Assembly: GCA_002189035.1 (NCBI GenBank)
Contig: NEEC01000002.1
Location: 5,766,001 to 5,830,000, forward strand
DNA length: 64,000 nucleotides
DNA from: Utricularia gibba
Lineage: Eukaryota > Plantae > Magnoliophyta
Direction: 5' to 3'
In this document: piece by piece, positions 41,124 through 55,012 of the stretch
Layout of the letters: every line of letters starts with the position of its first letter
Position numbering within the stretch: position 1 is the first letter of the stretch
Program-made: the position numbers and the translations under genes
The notes under the pieces: model-generated
Database searches by the model: none
Seen by the model: only the letters and a program-made list of their open reading frames with translations
What the model was told of the DNA's origin: nothing

Positions 41124-42874
41124 ATGGATGGTTTGGTCAAATTGTCTTCCAATTCCTTGGGGATTTCTTCTTCGCTGTTGCCTCCTGTTTGCAACATATT
41201 GAATCTTCATCGACGGGCTTCTCCAGGAGGTAATAAACGAAGAGCAGCTTCAATTTCGGAGGTGTGTTCTACCCCTTCCGGTTTCCTTTACCCAATTACC
41301 TTCGCATCCCGACAGCGGACGGCTTCTTTGAAGGTGATGAAAGAGCTCAGAGTATTGTGTCGTAAACATATTGGATGATCAAATTCTCCTTGGGCTACAT
41401 GTTTTTCCTTCTATTTGAATGCTGGAGGCATATAAGCTTGCAAAGTTTCTGCTTTTTGTATAATTGACTGATAGAAGAGAAAGAGTCTCGTGAAAAATGC
41501 TAACCCATTGTTTATGGGTGGACATCCTTGTATCTGATACTATCGAACGCTGTTCATGATGATTTTTTGTAGTCCATGCGACTATGCTGCTATTGTTCCT
41601 TGTCTTTTGAATGCATTCCCAGCATTTTAATGCTAGTACATGCTTTTGACTGGCCATAGTCGATCATAACTCCTTTCTTCTCCCTTCTCAAGCTATTTTT
41701 AGACCTGTTTTCATTTTCCGTATCAGGTACATGCAACTGTGACTGAAACCGAGCAACCCAAATGGTGGGAAAGAAATGGAGGCCCCAACATGATTGATAT
41801 TCATTCAACTCAGGAATTTCTAAATGCCTTGAGGGAGGCTGGAGAACGACTTGTTATCGTGGAGTTCTATGGAACATGGTGTGCTTCATGCCGAGCACTG
41901 TTTCCCAAGGTAATCATTCTGTACCCTTTATTGGCCTAATCAGTATCATTTTCTGGTGAAACATAATTTTCGTTTGTTGGGGGTTTACGAGCTCCACTTC
42001 TCTCTTTCTGGCCTGGCTGTTCTATACTCATTATTACTACACGTCATACTAAGTTCATGATAGCTTCACATGTTTTACTTGTATATGTACCCTATCGAGG
42101 TATTCCAGTTCTCAAGTTTCATCATTTCAATTCTTCATTGACGTTGACACTTGGAGATTCTGATTATAAGCAATATGGCTACAACTCCTTCTGGCAATTG
42201 TGATAACTGCTCTTTTTTGCATACCTTCTTTGGTGCATGTTTTTTACCTTATCAAGACGTTCCCTTTGATATTGTGCTTGCATCGTTTGCATAAGGATGT
42301 TTTCCTAGCAACCTTACTTATGGGCTCTAAGTTACCAGCCTTTTCATTTGATTGGTAACAGGGAAGACAAGTTAGGGTGATTCTTTAGGACCCCATTCTC
42401 TTTATTTACGGTTCACTGTACTCCATGGCTGTTATTGTTGTCTGGTTCCAAAAATTATGAAAATTTTATAACAGTGAGTGTGATACTCAGCTCTGCCGAA
42501 CAGCCAAGGATCATGCAGACATCTTGTTTCTGAAAGTTAATTTTGATGAAAACAAGCCCATGTGCAAGAGCTTGAACGTCAAGGTGCTTCCCCATTTCCA
42601 CTTCTACCGTGGAGCTGATGGACAGCTAGAGTCCTTCTCATGCTCCCTGGCAAAGGTAAGTGACACCAGCTGCTTCCTCTTCTTCATTCCCAACACCGTA
42701 GCATTTACAGGATCCCTTTTCTAATTTGATGTTGTGCTTTCCCTTTAGTTCCAGAAGGTGAAAGAGGCCATCGAGCTGCATAACACCGCTCGTTGCAGCA
42801 TCGGCCCCCCGAGAGGCGTTGGTGATCTCATCCTGGAAACCTCACCTCAGCTACAGGAATCAACTGGAGCATAG
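41124..42874 (+). CDS. Atypical Cys/His-rich chloroplast thioredoxin (ACHT1/2-like, lilium type)
   Basis: Exons 41124-41333, 41727-41909, 42491-42655 and 42749-42874. Reads [39 protein letters not shown]|[22 protein letters not shown]|FQK. Confidence 0.92.
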
Positions 42875-43299
42875 CGCGCTATGGATGAATGAATAGCTCA
42901 AAGTTGATATCCTATTCAACTGCTGCTCTGCTTTCTTCTTGTGCGTTTAGCTTTTGATTTACCATGTACCAATGTCTTGATTCTTGCAGAAAGAATGACA
43001 GGGGCTCAATCACCACATTGGGAATGAAAAAGCTCTTCGCTTTACAAATGGATAAAAGACTCAAAGTGATCGCAGAGAGAATGAATTGCAATACACATAT
43101 CTATTCCCCTCCCAGTGTTCTCCATCCCATATTTCTGTGTACAAAACAAGAATTTTATTGGATCCCATCTGAACTTCGAGCATCAAATGGAACACTTGGT
43201 TTGTATCTGGAGAGGATATTCTCAGCCTAACTTTTTTAAAATAAATTTTAGAGTTGTGATAGGTTCAGAACGGTTTTCTCAAATTGTCCATTCATAAAC

Positions 43300-43760
43300 T
43301 ACAGTTTACTATAAACTTTGGTTCTAGTTTCGAACCGAAATCAAATTTTTAAATTTTGAATCGAATTGAAATCACAATCGAATAATTATTTTGGAGATTA
43401 ATTTTCAGACATTTACATGAGCTTTTGTGGTTATCTGTAAAATGTGTTATTTTTTTAAGAGATTTTTCAGATTTTCATAATGATTGTAATGTTTATAAAC
43501 AATCTTAAAAATAATGAATATTTTCTAAGCATTCATATGAATCGTTAAATGTATCTAGAAAATGCATAATTCTTTAAAATATTATTTCAAGTTCTCAAAA
43601 CATCTATTAAATGTGCCTAGAACCATTTCAAACTGAAATCGTCGGTTCCATTGATTTTGCACTAATCGGAAACACGATTTTTCGATTTCAAATATCTCAA
43701 TCCGGCCTGAAATTTATTAGAGTTCTTGAACCATGCAATTCCGATTCGAATCGAGTACAA
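43300..43760. mobile_element. Degenerate AACCG/AATCG-rich non-autonomous DNA-transposon-like remnant
   Basis: Clusters of CGAACCG/AATCGA/CGGTT subterminal-type motifs at both ends of an AT-rich core. Termini and TSD were not resolved. Confidence 0.35.
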
Positions 43761-45108
43761 CTCTAACAAATTTGTATGCCATCTACTGCAACATGTTAAA
43801 GTGACAAGAAATCCCAAATCTGCAACATACAACAAAAGCTAACCCTACAACCTAAGCCTCCCGGAAGCAGCTTGTACTGGAGCAATACAGCTATGAGAAT
43901 TTAGAAGTTACAACACACAAGGAGTCACCATGTTTTACTAAATCTTACTCATGAGATAATTCATGAATGGTTTTATGAATTTATTTTAGAAAATTCAATT
44001 TTGAGAAAATTTGATTCCATTTCGTTGTGAATTTGGGGATATTTGATTAATATTTTTTTTACATATTTATTTAATATTATATGTTTAATATAGGGATTTA
44101 ATGTTATAATATATATATTCAGATATCCTATTCACTAATAATGTAATTAAATGTATTATTTAATTTATTCTCTTTTTGAATTTATAACATAATCAACTAT
44201 ATTTTTTGAATAAATATATTAACAAAACTTATAAACAATATAATTGAAGAAAACCTAATTAAATTTGTAGTGTTACATTATTCGATACAAGGGTTTATAA
44301 CAAAATATTAATACAAGGGAAAACTATAAAAGCTGATAAAATTGAAAATGGAATATTTAAATGATCGGTTTCTAAATTATTATATGTCCAATATATTGAA
44401 AATTAATATTTATAATTTATGGATAAAAAAATAATTTTTGGTTTTATTTGTGAATATGGTTTTAAGGAGTGAATTTTAGATTTTGTAATATTGAAATGAA
44501 ATAATAATTAGGGTTGGCTTGATGAGTTCGAGAGCGTTATGACCTACACTAGTGTTATCTTCTTCTATGAAACCCACATTGAGTTATTGCTTACAATCTT
44601 TGCATTCGGCCTCCAGTACAATCGTTTTTATATTTTGAGATCGAGTTCTCTAATTCTATGCATTTGTTCCTATCTTTAAATGGTTGGAAGGTTTCAAACT
44701 TATGACCCACACTCAATTTATACGATATTTTCCGTTTTAGATATTCAAACTTCATGGTTTTACGTTCTATTTTTTTGAAGAAAATATTCTGTATAAGATT
44801 AAGAAGATCTTTGTATTTAAGTATGTCTCTTCTCCCGTTTATAATCAATATGGTGTATTGTCATTAGGCCCATAATCTTATATTCTACCATTATTAGACA
44901 CTCAGTATTTTAATTGAATGACCCTTGTCCCACCATTAACATGTGTTTAGATTTAATTCTAATACCAAATATAACCTCAAAACAAGTGATCATCATGTTA
45001 TTATAGAAAGTTATAATATTGCTCATATTAAATAATAGTAAGATGATTGTAGTTTAAGATACATGCACCAATTTGTATATCTACAAAAGTTACTATCTAT
45101 CAAGGCTC

Positions 45109-45423
45109 TCAAGTCAATCGTAGTTCTGACATCATATAATACTTGCGGCAATCACTACAACAGAATTTGTAATTCCTGCAAACCAAATATCTCCACTTAG
45201 TGCCATGTTTATTTTGTCTATAGAAAAAAAAAATGAAAGTTATCATTTTAGTACACTCTGCTTACTTGTATTTGAAGGCATCACAAGCATAGCGGATTGG
45301 CGTCTTGCACTCATGGCACAAATAACCAATTAGGTTTGCTTGTGTAGACCCAGACCCAGAATCTTTGGCTGAGGATTTGGAGTCTGATTTCTTTTCCTTG
45401 TTGCTTGTTTTGTTTTTCGACAT
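45109..45423 (-). CDS. Short FLZ-like Zn-finger protein, copy S1 (74 aa)
   Basis: Exons 45423-45266 and 45175-45109, GTAAGC...GCAG intron. Protein MSKNKTSNKEKKSDSKSSAKDSGSGSTQANLIGYLCHECKTPIRYACDAFKYK|NYKFCCSDCRKYYMMSELRLT*, pattern CX2C-X17-FCCX2C. Confidence 0.75.
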
Positions 45424-46875
45424 CGTTGTGATTATGGAGTGTGCAATGATATTATATAGAGGTTAATATTATATATAAATATAAAAATGAAGTAATAACT
45501 ATTGTCTTTTTATTCTTTTTTAATTAATACAATGAAATATTAGAAATTAAATGTTGTTACAATAATTTGAATAATTAAAGTGTAAAAAATTAATAGGAAT
45601 TCATATAATAAGTTTTCTTCAACTATAAAATCATCGAAAATTAATTTAATAAAAACGAATAATATCATACAAATAAGTCAAGTATATGAATATTTGGTGT
45701 ACTACTACAAAGATTAACATAACATAAAAACGTTTAGAATATATGAACCACATTGTTATTTGTATTAAAATAGTTATATTTATAATAAAAAATTATTTTG
45801 AATGATAAGTATAAAACACAAATTTCTATTTAAATATTTAAAAGATTAGTAATTTTCAAAATTAAAAATTAAAATCAAAATTGGGTAACCGATTAATATT
45901 AAGTTATAATTGAGTTAGTCGATTTAGAAGGAACTTCTAAGAAGCTATTTGTGCAATAACAAATAATAATTATAATATTTAATTTAATTATTTTTTACTA
46001 AAACATATCAACATTTAACATTGAATACATTTAAAACTTTAATATTATAAATGATGATGTTAGTGTTGCTTCTATTTCGAGATTACATTTAAATTATTTC
46101 GAAAATTCAATATTCAAAAAATTTAATTCAATTTCGTTGTGAATTTTTGATTATTTGATTAATATATTTTACATATGTATTTAATTTTATATGTTAGAGA
46201 TAGAAACTTAATGTTATAATATTATATATATTTTTATATATCGCTAAATGAATTTAATGATAATATAATTAACTATATCATTTAATTTAATTTTAAAATT
46301 TATAATATTGTAATTAAATATAACATTGTGATTAAAGTCGTGTGTATGAATTATATATTTTTGAATAAAAATATTAACAAAACCTCATATATAATATAAT
46401 ATTATTTTATTCGATATAGAATTTTATAAATAAAAATAAAATTATATGTATAATATATAAATATTATAAAATAAAGCATTAATAATTGAGGGATTTCAAA
46501 ATCAATCTCATCAATGTCAATTTTGTAGGTATTTAGTATACCTCCAAATCTTCAAGTTAAGTGAATAATCATACTAATGAAAGTCATAGTGTTGCTCATA
46601 CTTAGTAATAAAAAAATAACTGTAGTTTTAAATATGCACACGGTAATTTGTGTATTTGTAAAAAGTACTATCTATCAACTCTATGAAGTATGTCATCCTC
46701 GCAGTATAAGATAAGACATATGATATGTACTAATATATAATCTTAGTACATATATACATATTCATTGAGTATCATGTTTACTTTATTCAAAAATAATAAT
46801 AATAAAGCATGAACGGTACCACTTTAATACCACTGATAATACATAAATTTCAATAGTTTTGGATGAAAAAAAGAA

Positions 46876-48700
46876 TGGTGTTATCCGAAAAAGTTAGGAT
46901 TTTAAATAGAATTTTAATATTTTTGCGAGTATCAGCATGATTTTAACATTATATTTAAGATTGTGATTAAATCTTTGATTTAATATCAATCTTAATTTAA
47001 TCTTCTACATTAGAGTTATGCGTCGCATTTTTAGCAAATCAAATCCCAATAAGCCAATGGTGCATAGGATATGAGAAGAAAATTGGAGATAAAAGGAGAG
47101 AGAAAAATTGAAAAGGTGTGAAGCTGTTTTTATTAATGTTGTTGTTTGATTTCTTTTTGTTACTTTGAGACTTGAGATATGTTGATGATATTATTTTGTA
47201 AAATCAATTTTGTTGTTCTTTGAGGCCAAAATGAAGTAAGTATAATTATTGATTATTAGATCATACTAATTAGATTATTATACTAATTCTTTATGAAAAC
47301 AAAATAGTTCCAAAAGGAAGAATAGATGATATATTTATTTTAATATAAACCTAACTAGAAGTAGAGCAAAGGTTAGGGAGAATAAAGAATTTAGATAGAT
47401 TTAAACCTTCTATTTTATTTGATGAATGATTTTTAGTTTGGATGAAATACTTATATTGATGAACATATCACTTGTGAAAAGATTCAAAGTATCGTATTAT
47501 TTATTTTTATACAATAATTTGATTTGCTTATTTATCGATTTTGTCGTATCCTACAATTGAATTTTGTTAGTTCTAGATTAGACCTAATATTCAATTTTAA
47601 TGAAACAAAATGCATTAGTATTCACACACAAAAAATCTTGCTCTTCATGTTCTACACTCATTCCATTATGCTCATATTTGATTGATGTTTGACTGAGAAT
47701 GCATTTTATAAATTTATTTAATATAAAAATTAACAATTGAACATGATTGGTGAAATTTTTAGTTAATCGAATTGGTGTCATTGCCAAGGAGGGGTGTTTA
47801 ATTGTTAAGTGTTATAATTGATGCATTTGCATTTCTTCTTGTATAGGTGATTTTGATTTCAATTCTCAAATTGAGAGGGTTGCTAGGAAGAACTAAAATA
47901 GAATAAGAGAAGCAGCCAAATTGAGGAGAATCCTAACTACAAACTAATTTAATTTGAGTATGGTAAAACAAGAGACAACTTTGAACAAACTATATGCATC
48001 AGATTACACATATAGGGAGTTGTGTTTAGATTTTTTTTATAATACAACTAATGAATTAAAACAAATCATGATAAATTTTATGTCAAAGTATTATGAAAAA
48101 GAGGTAGATAATCCATATGAACACTTGGACAATGTTAACAATTTATATATCCTTCAAAAATAGTGAAATGATAGAGTATGTTATCTATTTGAAATCATTT
48201 CAATTCATAATAAAAGAGAACACAAAGATGTGATTTAAGTATGTTAGATGTCGAAAAATAATTGATTGATCTAAAACGAAAAAAAATGGTTTAATTAAAT
48301 ATTTTTCAGTTTTTAAGATAGAGGAAATTAAAAAAAAAAAAAATCAATGGTATCGAACAATTGAATGAAGAATAACTTCACAAATATTGATAACATTTGA
48401 ACCATCATTTAGGATCTTGTACGTACCACAAATTTTGGACTAATGTACTGGTAAAGTATTTTTTATGATGGATTACTTTGTATTAATTGTGCAATAGTTG
48501 ATTCAGGTGTTATAGATTTATTGAGAAAAAAAAACACTCACAGGAGGCTGTAGGTTTACTTGAACAATTGGCTGAACACTACAGTCATATTATCAAATTA
48601 TAAGATTCAAATATAAGAGTTTATAAAGTGTAGTGCAACCTAAAAACATCAAAAATTGATCTGACAAGAAATGTTAGTTGAAGAAGAGCATGTTAGTATC
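46876..48700 (+). mobile_element. Decayed Athila-like Ty3/gypsy remnant (LTR, PBS, gag N-terminus)
   Basis: TTGGTGTCATTGCCAAGGAG at ~47772 resembles a CpG-decayed Athila PBS (TGGCGCCGTTGCCGGGGA). Gag-like TLNKLYASDYTYRELC...ELKQIMINFMSKYYEKEVDNPYEHL, followed by stops and frameshifts. Confidence 0.7.
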
Positions 48701-48933
48701 CAAACTTACTGATAGGTATCCAAACTTATTAGTATGCAAAATTGAGACATATTACTAATAAGTATTCAAACTTACATGAAGAAGAACATGTAAAAGTCAA
48801 TGGGATATTTAGAACTGCAAACAAGAAAGAAATACAATCCATACTTAAATACCTACAATTCATGATGGACAGACTATCCCAATTTTAGATAGAGCAACAA
48901 ATGATCACTCCTACAAGGAGCCACCATGTTTTC

Positions 48934-50759
48934 CTAAATCTTATGCACAGTGTACCCAGTATCCTCTGTTTTAAAGTCTTCCTGCCAATTCTCCATTTCA
49001 GTTCCACCAAAAGTCATTTGCTTGATTCCTATGTAACTGCATAGCAACAAGCGTGCAAACTAAAGTCTCTGAAGTCATGGAATGCGTAGAATTCAAAAGT
49101 GAATGCAAAGCTCCAGAGACAGCCATATTCATGAGGACGGGTACTTGAGATTCTTACTCAGAGCTCACTTGAGTCAGGGCATTAATCAAAATATCCAGCA
49201 GCAAAGGTTCTGAGGTGCCAATATCCACCCTGGAATTACGAACTCTAAGTCTCCGAATGAAGAAAGCAAGGGAACAAACCCATAAAGATATCCAAATTTT
49301 TACCATATTCGAGCTAAGTTATCTTGGATTTCAAGTTCACCGATGTTGTAAAAGGTGGTTGGTGTAACATTTGCACCTTGAATAGCATCATAACTTGGTG
49401 TTTTGTCGAGAGGGGATTGTGACAACTGTTGAGAAAAGAAATCAAATATCAATATGAAACAGGTTTCGAAATGGAGTCACCCTAGACCCCTTCTCTTCTA
49501 AAGTTTGCAGTATAAACAATACAGAGATATGAGAAGCATACCTGCATATTCATGGCATTGCACCCACCAAGCCGTCCAACAATGTGCCATGCACGAATAG
49601 TCTGAACATTTTTTCTGGTAATAATTGAAATAGGCATGATACAAATTATATCAATGAAACTAAAGCTGAATACACTTACATCACATATCAGGGAAACATC
49701 CTTCTCGAGTGGGGCATTGTAGAACTCCAACCATATGTATGAATTAGAGAAGTCAAACCTGGGTCGTGTCCAGAGAAAATTGATTCCTCAGCAACTAGCT
49801 TATAATTGCACAGACCAATGCAGGAGTGCTAGAAGGAAAAAAAACACATCCTAAAGCATGCCAATGAACTCTCTACTGCAGTAACCCCTCCAGCAAAATC
49901 CAAGTCTCATTAATGCGAATGGCTGAATAAACTATTTTTTGGTTCTTAGTTCCATAAAAAAAGACACTCAACCTAGGTGCTCTAATGATCCATGTACACC
50001 GCTAGAGAAGAAAATGATTTTATTTACCAAGGTCACTTGAGTAGCCTGCACAGAGGCACATAACTTTCAACAAACTACACATTTCTCTGTTCCAATCAAC
50101 CAAAACCTGGGAAAGGGGATGCGGGGAGCCAAACTAATGCTACTTGGATTTATTCAACGACACCAATGTAAGTGCAGAAATCTTCAGAAAGCTCACTTGT
50201 TAAACTTTACTTTCATTGGGTGTGGCGAGCCAGTTTTGGTATGCAATATCTTATCCCTCTTCCTCCTCAGTCGCTCTTCCATCTAGCAAAGGATTTATAA
50301 ACTAAATCATATAACATCACTTTCCAACAAAAGAAATCCGTAAAGAAGCAAAACATATCACAGTGGGTAGTTTCCTCTAGAATCAAAATCGAAACATCAG
50401 CATAGAGATTACGCAATTTTAAAGCCACTTACCTTTGACTTAGCCTTTGCAGGGTCATCAAGGGAAGCGCCAATAATCTCCGCAAGCTCAGGATCTCTGT
50501 CATAATCCTTTTCTCTTGCTTCACCCCGCCAAGAGAAATCTGTATCATCCTCCATTTCATCATCACTCTCAACACCAGAACCGAGAATTTCCACCCGGGA
50601 CCCGATATTGTCGCTTCTCTTCACACAGACGAAATGCCAACCCCGCCATGGGGATCTTTTATTACAAAAAGACGGGTTGGAGCTTAGAAACGGAAGTTTC
50701 CATGATATTGCAGGAAATGAGGGGTAGAGCGGACGCAAACCAGGCTGGAGAGCCAGCAT
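48934..50759 (-). CDS. Chloroplast DUF3531-type protein, intact, 7 exons
   Basis: Transit-like N-terminus, then EKDYDRDPELAEII...AKSK|MEERLRRKRDKILHTKTGSPHPMKVKFNK|FDFSNSYIWLEFYNAP...|TIRAWHIVGRLGGCNAMNMQ|LSQSP...FYNIGELEIQDNLARIW|VDIGTSE...|YIGIKQMTFGG...TVHKI*. The DUF number is from recall. Confidence 0.8.
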
Positions 50760-51451
50760 CACGAGGCTTGAAGTTCGGCTTCAGGAAACGGAAAATCGCC
50801 ATGGAAAATATAATTCACAGAAACATTGAGCCGCAATAATTGAAAGATCCGGGCCCAAGCCCAATATATTTTCCACACAATGATTTGAAAACCCTAATAA
50901 ACGGATAATTCTAAAAAAATGACATATAAAATAATCATTTTTTGCACATATTCTGACAAATGATCAATTTTCTAATTGATCCCAATAAATTTCAATTAAA
51001 TTAGATCATGTTTGATACAATTCGTTAAAATCATCGATTTTTTTTTTTGAATTTCAGACTCTCAATTTATTCTAATTAAATTATAATTGAATCACAGTTG
51101 AATTGTTATTGAATCGTGATTCATATTTTTTTTTCTATTTTAAAATGACTCAAGTTTAATTTAAACATTATGATGAATGATTAATGGTTGAAAAATGTTA
51201 AACTGCGATTGAAGTATAGTTTTTAATACATGGACTTTTATTAAACTGTTGATTTTCACAGAGTGAAGTAGGACTTTTTAGTCTAATGAGAAGAGAACAA
51301 TAGCTATCTAATCATTAACTTAACATGCATTTCCATTAGAATTGTGTCATTTATGTTTTTATATTAAAATTTTTATTTAATAATAATTTTTTAATATATC
51401 AATTTGACACCAGTTACTATAATCCATTAAAAATATATAATTACCCGTCAT

Positions 51452-51830
51452 TTACTTATCCTTCTTATTTTTCATATACGCCGACGTCATTCTAAAATAG
51501 GGTCTTTCTATATTTAGATCCGTTCCCGGCGCCGCCCTCCTTTGCAATGCAGCTTCATCGAGCGCCATCTGCAAACGCCGGCATTGCTCGGAGCAGTACC
51601 CACAGTCCCTGAAAAGTGAAACCCACCGCATCTCAGAGCGTCGTCACCCACCACAAATGCGATGCATAGAGAGTGCGAGTGAGTTACCTGTACATGAAGA
51701 CGTTCTTCTTGCAGTAATCGCAGCGCTCCAGAAGCTTCTCACCTGCTCCATTTCCGATGGGTTTCGTGTCTGGGACGATGGAGAAGATGCTGGAACTTGT
51801 TGACGTATCTTCGTCCGTTGGGTAGTCCAT
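51452..51830 (-). CDS. FLZ Zn-finger protein, YCS subtype, copy Y1 (99 aa, shortened finger)
   Basis: Exons 51830-51688 and 51608-51452. Reads ...EKLLERCDYCKKNVFMYR|DCGYCSEQCRRLQMALDEAALQRR...RPYFRMTSAYMKNKKDK*. TATA-like CTATATA upstream. Confidence 0.8.
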
Positions 51831-52989
51831 GTCGCTGCGCTGCGGTGTCCGATACGCTTCACAAGTGTCTGAATATATAGCTGAAGGGTGGGAAGTCTTT
51901 GGGCACTTGTAATCACCTGACATTGAAAGAGTTGAGGGAAAGGGAATTGGGATAATTTATTAATGGTTTTATGAATTTTATTTTAAAAAATTCAATTTAC
52001 AGAAAATTTGATTTCGTTTCATTGTGAATTGTGGATATTTCATCAATATTTTTTACATATATATTTAATATTATATGTTCAAGATAGGTATTTCATGTTA
52101 TAATATTATATATTTTTCAGATATCTTATTCATGATTAAATGTATCATTTAATTTAATCTTTTTGAATTTATAATATAATCAATTATATTTTTGAATATG
52201 AGTATTAAAAAAATATATAAAAACAATATAATTCAAGAAATTTTAATTAAAATGTGTTGTATTACATTATTCGAGATAGAAATTATAATAAGATATTAAT
52301 ATAAGAGAAAATTATAAAAACTGATAAAATTGAAATTGAATAATTAAATGATCTGTATCTAAATTATTTTTTGTCCAATATATTTAAAATCAATATCTAT
52401 AATTTATGTATAAACATAATTTTTGGTCTTGTTTGTGAATATAGTTTGAATGAGTGAATTTTAGATTTTTTTTTACATTAATGTCATCTTATCCTATGAT
52501 GATCAACTTATATACTTACAATAAGCTCTTTTTATTGTACTTATGTATTTTTTTCAATGCAATAGTTTTGATATTTCTAAACCTAGTTTTTCAAACTCAT
52601 CACCTATACTTCCTTTGTACGATATTTTCCGTTTCGAATAATCTATTTTCACGGTTTTATGTTATTCTTTTTTCTAAAAAAAATATCATATAAAATTATA
52701 AAGATCCATGAATTTAAACATACACTTTTCACAGCACATAATTAATGTGGAATATCATCATTAGATTTCTGATCTTACATTCATCTCATTTTATACTAGA
52801 ATGCGTTCGGGTTTGGCTATGATACTGAATGATCCATCCCTCAAAACTACAAGTTAAGGTGATCATCCTACTACTATAGAAAGTTATAGTATCATATTAA
52901 ATAATAGTAAGATAAATGTAGTTTAAGATACACATAGCAATCTGTGTATCTACACAAGGTACTATCGATCAAGGCTATGAAATCAAAAA

Positions 52990-53280
52990 AAAAAAAAATA
53001 CTTGCAGCATTTACTATAACAAAATCTATAATTCATGCAAACCAAACACTTATATTTAATATCATATTTACTTTTTCTATAAAAAAAGAAAGCATGAAAA
53101 TGTATCATTTCAATGCACCCTACTTATATACGTGGCCATCATGATAAGAACGGATTTGCATTTTGCACCCATGGCACAAATCAACAATTGGGTTTGTTTG
53201 TGTAGACCCACACCTAGAAGATTCAACTTAGGATTTGTAACTGATTTCTTTTCTTTGTTGCTTGTTTTGTTATGTGACAT
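52990..53280 (-). pseudogene. Short FLZ-like pseudogene
   Basis: Exon 1 (53280-53124) is 1 nt short and has an in-frame TAA. The acceptor CAG has mutated to CAT, and exon 2 decays into a poly-T run. Confidence 0.8.
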
Positions 53281-53499
53281 CGTTGTGATTATATATTGTG
53301 ATGATGTTCTATAGAAATTAATGTTGTATATAGATATTAGAATAGAGTACTCTCTTCTATCTTTTGATTCCTTTTTAATTAATACAATGAAATATTAGAA
53401 ATTGTATTTTATGATAATAACTTCAATAATTAATGCGTGAAAAATTAATATACATTTATATGATAAGTTTTCTTCAACCGTAAAAAGCATGAGATCTAA

Positions 53500-54010
53500 T
53501 AAATTAGACTTCACATATGTTCTATCCTCATTCCATTATGCTCTTCTTTGATTGATTTTTGAATGAGAATAAGTTTTATAAATTTATTTGATTCGAGAAT
53601 TAGCAATTGAACATGATTTATGAAATTTTCTGTTTATTAAATTGGTGACATTGTTGACGAGCGGTGTTTAATTTTTATATGTTATAAATGATGCATTTTC
53701 ATTCTTCTTATATAGGTGATTTTGATTTCAATTTTGAAATGGAGAGGATTGTTAGGAAAAACTAAAAGAGAGAAAGGAAATCAGCCAAATTGAAAAGACT
53801 CCTAGCGACAAACCAATTTAATCAGATTATGGCAAAACTTTGAATAAGCTAGATGCAACAGATCACACACATAGAGAATTGTGCATTAGATTTTTTGATG
53901 ATACAATCAATGAATTAAAACCAGTCATGATAAGTTTTATGTCAAAGTATTATGGAAAAATAGAAGAGAATCCACATGAACACTTGAACAATGTTACAAC
54001 ATATTACATG
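53500..54010 (+). mobile_element. Second, shorter copy of the Athila-like remnant
   Basis: Aligns with 47620-48140; gag-like ELCIRFFDDTINELKPVMISFMSKYYGKIEENPHEHL. Confidence 0.7.
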
Positions 54011-54309
54011 TCTGATAAATCAAAATTTCGATATCATTGCAAGAAATTAAATTTTCGTATCAAATAAATTTGTAAGCGTTAATTTTCATAAAATACAAAT
54101 AAAACACTAATTGCACCATAGAATTTCGAGATCAATTATAAAGAACAAATATTTGCTATGTATCTTAACTTATACAGGATCACATAATGATTTCAATCTT
54201 AGTTTAAGATTGAACTAACAACGATGCATAAATTCATTAAATAAAATCTAGTTATAGAGCAAAATGTAACAAATATTAGTTCTAAATAAGAAATAACAAT
54301 AGGCCGCAC

Positions 54310-55012
54310 AGAGTCACATAATTTTCAACAAACTACACATTTGTGTGTTCCCATCAACCAAAACCTGGGAAAGGGAGGAGCGAAACTAATGCTACTTGGA
54401 TTTGTTCAAAGACAACAATGTAATCGCACAAATTTTTAGAAAGCTCACTTGTCAAACTTTACTATCATTGGGTGTGGCGAGCCAGTTTTGGTATGCAATA
54501 TCTTATCTCTCTTCCTCCTCTACCTCTCCTCCATCTAGCAAAGGATTTATAAACTAACTCATATAACATAACCTTTCCCAACAAAAGAAACCGTAAAAAA
54601 GCAAAACTTGTCACTCTGGGTCGTTTCCTCTAGAATCAAAATCAAAACATCAGCATAGAGATTAAGCAATTTCAAAGCCAATTATCTTTGACTTAGCCTT
54701 TGCAGGGTTATCATGGGAAGAGCCAATAATCTCCGCCAGCTCAGGATCTCTGTCATAATCCTTTTCTCTAGCTTCACCCTGCCAAGAGAAATCTGCCTCA
54801 TCCTCCATTTCACCATCACTATCAACACCGGAACCGAGAATTTCCAACTGGGATTCAATATTGTCACTTCTCTTCACACATACTAAATGCCAATCCCGCC
54901 ATGGAGAACTTTTATTACAAACCGATGGATTGGAACTTAGAAACGGAACTTTCCATGATATCGCAGGAAATGAGGGGTAGAGTGGACGAAAACCGAGGTG
55001 GAGAGTTAGCAT
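54310..55012 (-). pseudogene. Truncated duplicate of the DUF3531-type gene (exons 1-2 only)
   Basis: Aligns with ~50050-50760. The exon-1 donor GT has mutated to GA, exon 2 has a TAG at codon 5, and downstream exons are absent. Confidence 0.88.

Noticed and set aside
51831-51923. 31-codon N-terminal extension of FLZ Y1 (ATG at 51923)
   Set aside because: It spans the TATA-like box conserved in Y2, and Y2 lacks this ATG. The start at 51830 is preferred.
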